Below, in pieces: positions 37,294 through 48,936 of a stretch of 64,000 nt of DNA (position 1 is its first letter; each line of letters begins with the position of its first letter). The notes under the pieces were generated by a model. The model was not told the origin of the DNA and did not search any database. It saw only the letters and a program-made list of their open reading frames with translations. The stretch is from Lingula anatina (taxonomy: Eukaryota > Animalia > Brachiopoda): NCBI GenBank assembly GCA_051362555.1, contig CM120640.1, positions 51,686,788 to 51,750,787 of the forward strand. The letters are read 5' to 3'. Made by a program: the position numbers and the translations under genes.

Positions 37294-37911
37294 AAAACCG
37301 TTTGGAATACAAAAAAACGGAGACCACCTCCAGTGTTGGGCTTTACATGCTCTACAAAATGCAAAAAAGAATGGGTCTCTAGCATTAACGGTTCCCGAAT
37401 TAGAGACAGTTTTCAGTTTCGGTACTTTATGGCCGCTACTCCTGTGAAAATGCACCGATTGACCCCAAATTCAGGGAGATGAAAGATGACCCGAAGGGTT
37501 ACACTTTCTAATAATATTATTGGTTAAGTCTGTGTGGTATCTGAATAACAGGGCAAAAAAATTTTTTTTCGTAAAAAATTTCATTTTTTTGAAAATTTTG
37601 GCCCGTTTGACCTTGAAATAAAGGTCAAAGGTCAAATCCAAGGGCATATTTGAAATCTACACATATGACTTTTGGAAAGCTGTCTGTAGAAATTTTTCCC
37701 ATAACTCCTTCCGTAGGGTAGATAATTAGCATTTAATTTTGCCATTTTTAGACAAGGGTGCATTGCAATGAGTGCCACACCTAGACCCCAATACCGACAA
37801 AGCCCAAATTTTACGTGGAACGAGTTGAGATTATAGGTGACCTAAATCCAAGAGATGGATACAGGGGCCCTTACCGTCTAGGAGGAGAAGCGGTAACGGT
37901 GACTTGGCGGC

Positions 37912-37945
37912 GGAGCCGCAGGAGCCGCAGGAGCCGCAGGAGCCG
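37912..37945. repeat. (GGAGCCGCA)x~3.8 micro/minisatellite inside the HINE 5' region
   Basis: ggagccgca ggagccgca ggagccgca ggagccg. Confidence 0.9.
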
Positions 37946-38038
37946 GCGGAACATACGGGTCGGGACTAAAACCATGGGTACCGCCAGCGCCTACGCTGGT
38001 GGTACAATAAAACAAATAGTTACAGTACATAAAAATCT

Positions 38039-38044
38039 TTTATT
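38039..38044 (-). terminator. Likely FGFRL1 polyadenylation signal
   Basis: TTTATT on + equals AATAAA on -, at the end of a U-rich 1.4-kb 3' UTR, with UGUA elements just upstream. Confidence 0.55.
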
Positions 38045-39418
38045 CATACATAAAATATAAATGTACATTTAAAACAACAAAACAAAATATGAACAAACAT
38101 TTTCTTTACCCCAAAATAACTGAAATTACGGCGGGAATTATATTTATAGAACCATGATTTTAACACACATTTAGCCATGGAAGACTAGAAATAGCTTAAC
38201 TCAGCTTTAAAACATTATGTACTTAACACTTATCTGAACACGAAGAACAGGAAATTTAATGTTTAACTCTGACTAAAAAACTAATGGTCAAGATTTTTCG
38301 TGGTCCTAGTATATCACAAAAATTATCCCTAGTCTATTGGCAAATGACTGTGACCCTGTCACATTGGATTAAAATTAACTACTACCTTCACTGGTAAATA
38401 TTTGATTCAACTTGAACCAAATTTTCATTCATTTCATGCACAAGCACAGATCCAAATTGTTAATAAAAAAATTAACCAATGCATCCTCACTTTATACCCC
38501 CCCCCCTCTACAATGAACCCCTGAAAAGAATCTGCCAGATTTAAAGTTTCCCTTTAAACTGGGATTACACAGTGATAAAAATAATATCAAATCATTTCAA
38601 GACAAGCAACCATCTCCCAAACGGTCTGTCAAATCCACTGCTTTGAAATACTATAAAATTGGCTAAGGCAACCATGGGCTAGTCAACATTCACCCCTTGG
38701 TTTGTGGCTGTAAGTTGTTGACAACTTCTGTGCACTTACACACTTAAACATTATATATACAACTAGCATTCTTTAATATAAACAAAAATAAATTATCTTT
38801 CAACTAGAAATCTTATGTACAACTTATACACAATTAAGTACATAATATACAAGTGAGATGATTGATAACCGCTTCTGTTCTCTCTGATACATATATCATC
38901 AGCTGCAGTGCTGACAAGGATTCATCTAATTAAGCTGCAGCCAACTTAAGTACCACAGTCTTCTAAAAAAATTAACATTTCCTAACTGGTTCAGGTCCTA
39001 CCTCTGTCAGAGGGCAGCACCTGTTGTGTCTCACGAAGTCCAGCTTGGTATTATGCTCATGTTGTCACCACAACACACTGATTGCCACTAAACTAAACAA
39101 GTTGCACAGTCATGAACACAATGACACTTCCAAAAAATCCTTTCAATTCCAGGCTCTCACAGAGAGTCCTTTTTTCTCTCATTTGAACAGAGTCAACTGC
39201 TTCTGTACCTTTGCATTTTCTTTTCTTCCAGTCTGTTCAGCTGAGAGAGAGAGAGTGCCAGTCTTAGTTGTCAGGACTATCTTTAAGACAGCCCATACAT
39301 CACTTTAACAAAGGTGCAAAGGGCACGGAAGATTTACAATCCCCCATCCACTGACTGACTGCCACTGAGGTAACAAGTGGTAATGGATAATGCTACTGCA
39401 CTCTGTCTGCTACTAATG

Positions 39419-39777
39419 CTAGCATCCGTAATGCATGTGCTGATGTTGGTGCTGGTGCACCCTGGGTAAGGACGACAAGTCTGAATACACATCTTGTGGA
39501 GAAGTCCTTGCCACAATTTTCTCATTACTGTCTTGCATAGTGTTGCCATTCTGTGGCAGAGGCATGAACTGATGCTTGTCCAGTTTGTGCTGCCTTAAAG
39601 TTGTGTTTGGATTATTGCATTTCTTTTTTCTTTGTAAAATGTAAATTGCTATAGCAACAAGAATGATGATGACTGAAGCTGGTAGTGCGATGATGAGAGG
39701 AAGTGAGGGGGCTTGTCTCGGTGATGTTTGTGAGATCACTACATTCTCCTTGATGACTTGATTGGGGGCATTCGGAT
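39419..39777 (-). CDS. FGFRL1: FGFRL1 TM and cytoplasmic tail exon
   Basis: [25 protein letters not shown] followed by QRKKK; YSDL motif; [12 protein letters not shown] then TAG at 39421-39419. Confidence 0.95.
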
Positions 39778-42700
39778 CTGGAAAAAAGATTGGAAATACC
39801 TCAGTATAAATGCCTCTATCACGATAAAAAAAAATTATCCAATTCCACAAAGCAAATTCAAAGGAGAAAATGTCACCATTTCAAAAATGGTTTTCTAGTG
39901 CATAGTAATAAAAGAAATATAACTAAGAAGTATTTAACAATATGCACAAAAAACAAATGACAAAGTTTCATACCTGGTACCACAGTGAGGAAGGCACTTC
40001 TGAAGCTATAGCCCATACTGTTGGCCCCTAGACATATATACATCCCAGAGTCTTTAACTGTGGCACCCTTAATTATGAGTTTGTTGATATATGACCCATC
40101 AGGGCGTGGCCATACTTTGCCAGTTTTCAGTACAATAAACTTTTGTCCCTTGACTTCAATTGTAGTATTAGTATTTTTAAGTGCCTCTGGATTTTCAACT
40201 CTTTTTAGCCACTGCAATGGTGAAAGGAAAATGTTGAGAAAAATAGAAATCAGAAATTGTATATTTTGTATAACGACCTCTTAACCATTTAAACCAGTTA
40301 AAATAATCTTGCTGCAATATCTCAATATAACACAAAACTGATTTAGTCTAAATTGTAATCTTCTCAAATCACCAAAAAAAGTTAATCAGTTATTCAAAAT
40401 ATGTTACAGTCTTCAAAGACAGCTGTTGTATATTGTTACCTGTATGTGTGGCTGGACATCACTGCGGACTTTGCACTGAAAAGAGGCAGTTCCACCATGA
40501 CGCACTGTGGTGTTCAGTGGATGAGGTGGAATCAACTCCGGCTTTTCCTTGATTTTATCTGCAAACATAGAAATCAATTCAGATTCCTTGTTATTTGGTG
40601 TTCAACTTGTTGAGTTAAATGGACACAATTTTATCAGCAATTTCAGATTTTAACCAAGATAAAGCTATTTGTTGCCTTAATGCTATTTGTTGCCTATCAT
40701 GGAAATAAGATCTGTTTTAAAAAAAAAAACTTTTTTTTTTTTACTGATTTAGGTTTGAATTGGATACACATTTGGGAAACACTGCAAATACCAGTGTTAA
40801 CATCCAAACAGAATGCATGACGATATGCTGTCTCACCTATCACATCCAGTTCATATGTGTAGTTGATCATCCCAACTTGATTTGTTACTTTACATGTGTA
40901 CTTTCCACTGTCTTCTTTCTTTAAGTTTCTCAATTTCAAAGTCCATCTTGTCTTCTTTGCATGCCCTATGTCCTCTTCAGTCAGCTCCTTGCTGTCTTTG
41001 TACCACAAAATTGTAGGTCTTGGTTTTCCTGAAGCTTTGCACTTAAATCGCACAGAGCTCCCAACAGGGCGCTGGATGTTCTTTCGACGCATTTTACTGG
41101 GCTGACTGAATTTTGGTACAGCTACAAAAATAACAAGGAGATATATAGATAAAATTCAGTCTAGTTTGAATTCTGTTTCTACTTTCAAAAGCATCTAAAC
41201 TGTAAGAGAAATTCAAGGTTACTATCTTTTTGAACGAACAGAAATAATTTATTCAAATGCAAAGTAACTCACTTCCTGTGTGGTGGCCATGTCCAAACTC
41301 AGAATACATATCTGTCCCAGTAAAAGATTCATTTCTAAATTCTGAAAAGAGAAGAAAATAATACAATGATGCCGCTGATTTTTTAATTTGTCTCATAGAT
41401 GGCAGCAGAGTGCAGCCCATTAGCCCATCAATAGCTGTCACTTATCAGAACATGAGTTACACAAAATACTGACATTTGTACACATAAGTGCATGCCTGCT
41501 GCCAAAATTTGTCATGATTTAATGGCTCTGCTTAAAGTCAAACAAATGGAGGAGAGATATGAAAAAAAGCTCAGGAATCAAGGAAAAAAACTTTGAAGCT
41601 TAGAGTAAAGCAGGGGAAGGGGAGGGAAATGTAATGATTTTTCCTCATGTCACATTCCCTATCACACTGCCACATTACCACAGGCAGTAGAACAGTTCCT
41701 GTTGCCAGAAATGCCATGATCATCACCAGATATGAAAATTACTCTTTTTATCCATAATAAACACATTTGAGGCTAGATTAAAAGGTCGAGGTCTGCCATA
41801 AATTTGCAATTTGACATGTGTTTTAGCTGTCAAACCTACTGAAAACTGGATGCAATGTTTAGACAACACAGTCTGTCAGTGCAATGAGTGTTGGTTAAAT
41901 GCCTTTTTTCCTCCTTATTCAACCAAAGAAAAAAATGTGAGAATTGGATTTGGCATTTTGAAAGGGGTGGTCTCGCATGGGTCCCTGCAAGTGAAGCAGT
42001 GACTGCTCAGACTAAATGTTGTGGATCCAGCATCGCTAGCAACATGCAATCCTATGACACCACAGATGTTTTTTATCAGACTGCATCAACAGTATCTGAC
42101 CAACAGCCTCGTTTTTTAGCTGACTGGTACAATTTGCTCTCCCTCTTGCAGATTTATAATGCTGATAACAACCCCATCTAGCCAAGAAACACAGCAAGCC
42201 ATGTACTTTTCAAATTCTTAAAATACTGGATATGATCTTAATGGCATCCTTGCATGTGAGAAGTTTCCATCTACTATATAATGGGTTCAGTGTGGGTTGC
42301 TAGGGTCCCCACACAGTGCGCCCGAGATGGGATCCACCTGTACTCCATACTAAGACATCACAGGGAGGAGATCATTAAATAATAAGAATGAAATTAAAGA
42401 CCAAATGACACATGTGATGCACGTGAAGAGTGAAAAAGAGGACCAGTTCAGTCAAAGATAGTTGGGTCTGTAAATATAACTGGAGTGGGTGACATGTGCT
42501 AATCTCATATCAGCTGTCTATCAAGCCAGTGGTGACCACTCAAATTAAAACAACACCCATATTGTAGTTTTACAATATTTCTTATTACATAATCTTATTA
42601 AGACTGCCCTTCCCCGCTTGGCAAATTTTGCCTGTCAGCTCTGGGTGCTTCAGACATCAACTGTTGTCTCATGGAACAGGCTGGCACTGACAAGAATTTC

Positions 42701-45700
42701 AGTTTCAAACCCAAACACTTGAGCCAAGGAGTCAGTCAATGCTCAGGGGTGACCTGTAATTTTCCAGCTGACAGTCTAGGGCGCAGCTCACATTTTCTGC
42801 CTTACTGACTTGATAGTTTTTAAAACTTGGGTCAATTTGCAATCTCCCAAAGGTTACCCTGCTGTTTCTACTGAACACTCTTGACTGATGGTTTACAAAC
42901 TCTGCCCTGACAATTTGTAGCATGTCCATCAGCACCCCAGCTTTGAACTAAAAGCCCACCACCAAGGGTAAGACATTTCTTTTGAGGACAAAAAAAATCA
43001 CTGCTAAATGGCATCCCAATAACATCGCAGAATAAGACTATTCACTAGAAGTCCTAAAAGACTTTGCTTCTAACAGATAGACATGCTTCCTCTTTAGAAA
43101 GTTTGATTCTAAACAAAAGTGACTTAAACATTTTGCCCTTGCAGAGGCCTCATGTGATGCAGCTTCTGACTATCTAGACCTTGCAATCTAATGTGGCACA
43201 TTGAGCAGCTGAAACTTGTCCTATAAAATGCCTGACTGCCACTGGATGTAACTGAAGAATTAGTCTGGCATTCCCTTACCAAATGTCTTAAGTTTCAGCA
43301 TCATCCCCCATTGGCCCAAAGAAAACTTTATCATGAACTTGTGTTTTTAATGCTCCATAAATCACTGGTAGAAAAAGACTAGGTAGGTACACTTGGACGA
43401 CATACAATAAATTGAGGGTGATGCTTATTGAACATTAACAACTATCCAATAACAATAAATGTGTGTTTTATAGACTCTTTCAACACCCTATTAACTGAAG
43501 AGTTGAGCTTGAGCCATTTTATTGGTTTCATGTTAGGGGGATTTAAATTCAATTGTCATTTGGAAGTTAAGCTGATGATGTGAGTTGTCAAGTAATTTAA
43601 ACATTTTTGCTGCTTTGTCAACTGGTTTAGATTAGATGTAAGCCAATCATCATGAAGACACAACTGTCAGTTACAAGGCAGCCAGTTTTGCAGCCTCATG
43701 AGTATAAATGTCCCTCAAACATTTTTGAATTTTTACTTAATAACATAGGCAATGATGTGCACTAAATTCAATATGAGACAAGAACTTTTTCATGGAATGC
43801 AGAATTTCACCTTTAAATTACTAATCTAACAGTAGGTATTCATAATGGTTTATTCACCCAATGTGCATATATATATATTATAAAATGCTCATAAAACAGA
43901 TTACAACTTTTAAATCTTATTTTGTAATTTTTGCAACTTTATAAATATAAATATTTTAGTTGTATTCACTTACCCATCACAACAAGAGTTATATTGACCA
44001 TCCTGCTCCCAAACCCATTTGTGGCTTTGCATATGTAGTTTCCAGCGTCCTCTTTCATTACATCCTGAATTTTCAGAAAGTTCTTGGTCATCTTAAATCT
44101 CTCCCATCCTGCATGTATCAGTTCCTTATCTTTGCTCCATTGTAATAATAAAGGTGGGGGGTCTGCAGTTACTGGGCAGATTATTTTAACAGTCTTCCCC
44201 TCACGTATGAACTGGCGGCTCTTGATAGGAAATACTATTCGTGGAGGGCCTGAAGTAAAATAGTAATAAGTATATTAATTCAAATGTACAAAGAGGTTTG
44301 ATGAAAAAGCATTGCATTTTGCCACATCAAAAATGTTCCACTTGTTTTCACATGGAAACAACTCAATACACGACCAATGATGTATGATGCTATCAAGAAT
44401 ATTTGTTACAATAACTTTTCCGCCTCTTCCTGCACACAGATAAAGTGGGCTGATTATTCAGGTTGGGTTTCAAAGCAGGAATAGGCCTTCCATATTGTGT
44501 TGGGAGCTACGGGTCAGTGGTGACACGTTCACCTGCCAGGGAACCGGAGGTGTGCCTTTGTTCACTGACAAGCTTTGCTCAACACAGCAGATTTATAGCA
44601 TGTCAACTTCTCTACAGCACATTTAAGTCAGTTAACAAAAAATGCACCACAGTTCCCCACTTGATATGAATGTGGTACAACAGCTTAATCACTGTAGCAC
44701 AAGCAACCAGTATTTAGCACAATATCTACCTTGAGGGGTACCTTCATTTATTTTTAACAGCTTATGGCTCATTTTCACTGATCAAAAACAAAAATACACC
44801 TGCAGAATTCTCCTGATGAGTTAACTCCCATTTCCAGCTGATTTCCAGTACTTTTTACACAGTTATCCATGACTGCAGCTGAATGAATCACCTGTCTTTT
44901 TACCCATATCAATTTGCCAACAGAAAACATATGAACAATGGGGTCAAATGGGTACCAGTAAAATATGTATTCTAGTGATGAATAAAAAACCAACGGAGAC
45001 AAACAGTTTTTTTTTCCTTGACCTACTTTACAAACATGAGGAGAAGTACCTTGCTATATCTATACATGTCTTTTTGAAGAGCTGATGAATTCTCATGTGA
45101 ACCTTGCCTCTACTGGCCTTTGTGTCAATTCAATAGGGAATGCACGTGTAGAAGCCCATCAAGCAGCAGGGCCCATTCAATAGACCTGGTACTTGCCCCA
45201 TTTTTTCCCAAAGCAAATATTGACTTTTCCTGACATGTTGGTTTTATAATAAACATGTTGGCAAATACTTCAAATGGCAAAGGGTACGGGTGACTTTCTG
45301 CGATAAAGCCTTCACCATAATACAACAATTATGTTTGCGCAGATTGTATCCACAATTAGAATGGAACAGTGCACAAATAATTCAAATCGTCTATAAAACG
45401 TGACCTAGCCTTTATGCTGCATACAAAAACAAATTGATGTGTTCATTTAAGCTGTTCTACTGATGTTTCCAGGTAATATCATGTTTTACAGCAGATCTAC
45501 TATTGAAATGATCTTTTTTTCAGCTGACAACTTCCATTTATGTCTGAAGGTAAAAAAGAACGCCTAGGATAAACAGTTTCCCTCAAAGACTGCCAGGTTT
45601 TTCAGGTTTCAGCTAGCCAATTTTGGTTTCCAGGGAGACAGGGCACTGATATCAATCAGACTTGAACAGGATGTTTTAAGATAGTAGTGGCTTCATTTAC

Positions 45701-47910
45701 TTATGTCATTTGGATAAATAAATAGCCTCTCCCCCCTGCAGTATGGAAAACCTTTAGAGCATGTGAAGCCTGTAAAATGAACTGGAGTGGAATGCATTTA
45801 TCACATGTAAACCAAGCTCCATCTATTTGGTCCTAACCTCTACTAATTTACCACTCATTAACTCCATCAGATCATATTTGTTATTGAAGCAAAGCTGCAA
45901 GATCTGGCCCTCTGTAGCTGACATTTCAATTGGGATCCTTGATAATTGGAAATGGCTGGCTTGTAATAAAAACATTAGTCCCACATTGCCATTCAAAAAG
46001 TACGAACACCCTTCAGAAATAAGGCAAAAATCAAGATCAGAATTAAGTGGCATGTTTTGTGGCCTTTCCTAAGAAACTGTGGTGCTAAGTTGGTGATAAA
46101 TTGCAGATGGTGGCATACTGATCCATTCACAATGGTTTCAACAAAATTAGGGGCTGACAGATAGATGTGTTTAACCCTTTATCACTCACACTGATTTTGC
46201 TATAAATTTTGACTAAATTGACACACCTCAGCTTATTTGCAAAGACAAAAATATCATAATAATTACCCCATGGACAAATGAAAGCACACAGGGTTTTTAA
46301 GCGTATTTCTTTTCACTTCTGCATCAAATTCCACAGGTGTGCCAGAATTTCAGTCTACCACAGGCTGAAAAAGCACAGCACACAAAGTGATAGAGACAAC
46401 TTAATTGCAAATATATCCTAGACCAGTTACATAATGTTAACTCAACTTAGTGACCAAAGTTAAATATTTCTCTCCAGTGAAAAGGTCCTATTCAGTATTG
46501 GTCTGATAAAGGGCAGCATTTGAGGAAAATACTTCATTTCATGCCAGACTACCCAAAATACAGCTATGTGATTATGTCATGAATTGGTTTCAGATTTGAT
46601 TTCAAAGCTGGTCACCTCCCTGTTTATCCTGATCAGGGCACTAGTAATAAGCCTTTTTAGTGGGACCCTGTATTAACAAGATGGCACATTCATAACTTGG
46701 CACCATAATGTGACCAAGGACACAGACTCAGGGCTCCAGGTAGCTTAAATGGGCACCTAGTATGTAATCAGTTTTGACAGAACTTTCTCAGCTCACCTGA
46801 GAACAAACAGGCCTGGCCTGCCATGACATAACAAGTGGCAAGAGTACTTTTCCTGCTGACTGCCTTAATATAAATAGAACATTTTCTCAAGTGGAGCTGG
46901 GGTTTGTTGAAGACTCGGCACCAATTACTATGGTAAACACATCTGTATGTTTTACCCCAAGCCTACACCCCACCTGCCACTTTTCTCCTAAATACTTGGT
47001 GCAAAACTTTGAGTTGTATGAATATTTCAGCTTCTACACCAAACTCTTAGCAAATTTCTTAATATTAAAAAATTCCCAATGGTATCAGCAAAAACCTTCC
47101 ATTTTGGCTGCCCTTAAAAACAGTAATGAAATTTTCCATCTGTGAAGTACAATAAACTGTGAGATTTGAAAAAGGTTTTGGATGGCATGTCAGTACAAGT
47201 TATGAAGCGTTTGATCTTCAAAATCAAATCAACATAATCAAAGCTAGGACTGAGCAGCTTGAGTGCCGACAAAGGTAGTATTATCCTCCAGCACAAAAGG
47301 ACTGTGGAAGCCTAAAAGCCTCTCATCCTCCAACACAATCAACTGTCCTCATTTGGGACTTCTAGATGGGTAATTTTGGTCTGTACATTTTAAATTAGAC
47401 ATCTTCCATTCATTTAACTCCAAGCTTTTTTCTCTTTTTTACACACAAATTGAAAATTTGTAAATCTGCGAAGACTATACTAATTTACCCTGAGAAATTA
47501 ATCTTTATTTTGCAAAAATTGTAGATTTTTTTTTTTTTTTCATGTTTGGAGATACATTCCTGACATCATGCAAGTACTATACTGAGTACTTAAAATTAAG
47601 GTCAAGGCCCTCTTTTTAAAATAATAGTTAAAAGAAAAACATATTTCAAAATTTTGGGGAAGAGTAGGGATGGTACCATCATATCATCATGTACCTAATA
47701 ATCCCAAATCCAAAGATAGCTGTAGCAGGCATTACATCTCCCAAATAGTGGCATTAATATTGTTCCTTATCTGTCAAATAAGCTGCAAGTGCTAAGAGAC
47801 AGTTAGCAAGGACAGGAAATGTTTGTTTTAATCAACTTACCTATGCCTGCTGAACATAGCTGGGTCAGTAACCACGCAAATATGAAGGCGCAAAGGCTGA
47901 CACTACTCAT
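39419..47910 (-). CDS. FGFRL1: Fibroblast growth factor receptor-like 1 / nou-darake (signal peptide, 3 Ig, TM, short kinase-less His-rich tail), 7 coding exons, about 471 aa
   Basis: complement(join(39419..39777,39974..40211,40440..40558,40837..41121,41273..41341,43974..44249,47841..47910)) = 1416 nt, all GT-AG and phase-consistent. FGFRL1 signatures: GPP start of Ig-[78 protein letters not shown]-terminus [13 protein letters not shown]. Confidence 0.96.
39974..40211 (-). CDS. FGFRL1: FGFRL1 Ig-III second part (WLKRVE...GQKFIVL...[10 protein letters not shown]...[24 protein letters not shown])
   Basis: Highly diagnostic FGFRL1 D3 sequence; G|GTATGA. Confidence 0.97.
40440..40558 (-). CDS. 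FGFRL1: FGFRL1 Ig-III first part ([40 protein letters not shown])
   Basis: [23 protein letters not shown] motif; CAG|GTAACA. Confidence 0.95.
40837..41121 (-). CDS. FGFRL1: FGFRL1 Ig-II exon, with a basic heparin-binding-type N-terminal segment [12 protein letters not shown]
   Basis: [19 protein letters not shown]...[11 protein letters not shown]; G|GTGAGA. Confidence 0.96.
41273..41341 (-). CDS. FGFRL1: FGFRL1 Ig-I/II linker exon ([23 protein letters not shown])
   Basis: tttcttctcttttcAG acceptor, A|GTGAGT donor, phase 1-1. Confidence 0.8.
43974..44249 (-). CDS. FGFRL1: FGFRL1 Ig-I exon ([41 protein letters not shown]...[25 protein letters not shown])
   Basis: Not in the ORF track; translated by hand; phase 1-1 with ttttacttcAG and G|GTAAGT. 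Confidence 0.95.
47841..47910 (-). CDS. FGFRL1: FGFRL1 signal-peptide exon (exon 47925..47841), [23 protein letters not shown]
   Basis: Acceptor cttctctatttcAG. An in-frame TGA lies just upstream of the ATG. Hydrophobic core with CSA cleavage-like site. Phase-1 donor G|GTAAGT is in frame with the Ig-I exon. Confidence 0.88.
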
Positions 47911-48903
47911 CTCCACGTCTCACACCTGAAATAGAGAAGCACAGCCATGATTATCAACGGGATCCATTTAGTGAAAATGAATACTCTCCATGGACCAACT
48001 CCATTAAATATGTCCTGTGTTAACAAACGCAGCACACACATGGCAAACACTACCATTTTTCCGCAATATTTCAAATGACACCATTCAACTGTTGACATTC
48101 TACACAAAAAGCTTTCTGCTGATAATCAGCACTATGTACAATCATTCTGAAATGTCACTGCTGTTAGGCAAACACAAAAATGGTAGCTGCAATTTAAAAT
48201 ATTGAAAAAAAAGAGAAAAACAAGTCTTGCTTTTAGCATTATAGATCATGGTGTTATCTCTAAATTACCTTGTGTTGACTAAAAAGTCATACATCCTTTA
48301 ATTGAAACTCGCTTTGATACAAAGTAGCTAAACCTTGCAGCACCCATCAAGATTTCAGACAGTGTAGTCTCCATGCTGTCCCCACCTCCCAAACTGCCCT
48401 TAGGAATGTGGCACGGTTGCTTTACATGAAAGCCCAGTCATTCCATGACAAAAACAATCCTCAAGCATAGGACGACACCTAGACTATGAACCTGAATATT
48501 CCAATGACAGTCCCCAGTGTAGTTAAGCACACGTTCTTCACAGATGTATTTACTCAGTGCACTAACAGGCAGCTGCAACGACTTCCAAATTCGATGACGA
48601 AGCCGCCTTCTACCTGCTTAAAGATACAGTGGCGTAAACTAGACGTCCCAGTGCAATTCAAAGAAAATAATTATGTATTTAAACTGCCTCAATACCTTTT
48701 GAAAAGCGATTCTTGTCTAAAGAAAGGCGACCTCTCATTTTCATGTCAAACTTCTGAGCTGCCGTATACAATAACTCCACACACAAACGAGATGCGAAAG
48801 GTAGTAGTAATTGCCTCTGATTATACTCTTGTCTACCGACTTGGAAGCCTACAGTAGATCTACATTACGCTGAAAGGTCGACCATTCCTCACGCGGGAAA
48901 GAC

Positions 48904-48936
48904 AACTGATAATATCCATGAGAGCACCCATTTATA
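48904..48936 (-). promoter_or_regulatory. Candidate FGFRL1 TATA + Initiator core promoter (TSS about 48907)
   Basis: Minus-strand TATAAAT starts at 48936 and Inr TCAGTT has its +1 A at 48907, a spacing of -29. It lies in a CpG-rich patch about 1 kb upstream of the acceptor at 47926. Confidence 0.6.

Larger units (their letters stand above)
34345..38012 (-). mobile_element. Non-autonomous Helentron-associated element (HINE / DINE-1-like) with internal tandem array
   Basis: Perfect 15-bp subterminal inverted repeats TATTGTACCACCAGC (34382-34396) and GCTGGTGGTACAATA (37995-38009). 5' palindrome GTACCGCCAGCG-ccta-CGCTGGTGGTAC (37978-38005) with an adjacent microsatellite. 3' GC hairpin GAGGCG-atac-CGCCTC (34362-34377) followed by CTAG and a T-run on the - strand. 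A-runs on both flanks, no TSD, no transposase ORF. Confidence 0.85.

Noticed and set aside
37815-38060. ORF with RRSRRSRRS resembling a protamine or SR protein
   Set aside because: Produced by the GGAGCCGCA microsatellite; GTG start; runs across the element boundary.
28469-40696. Tiny direct duplications (tgtttatcctgctg at about 28.47 kb, tgtgaaatacaaatat at about 29.3 kb, gctatttgttgcct at about 40.67 kb)
   Set aside because: Ordinary slippage duplications in introns with no further structure.
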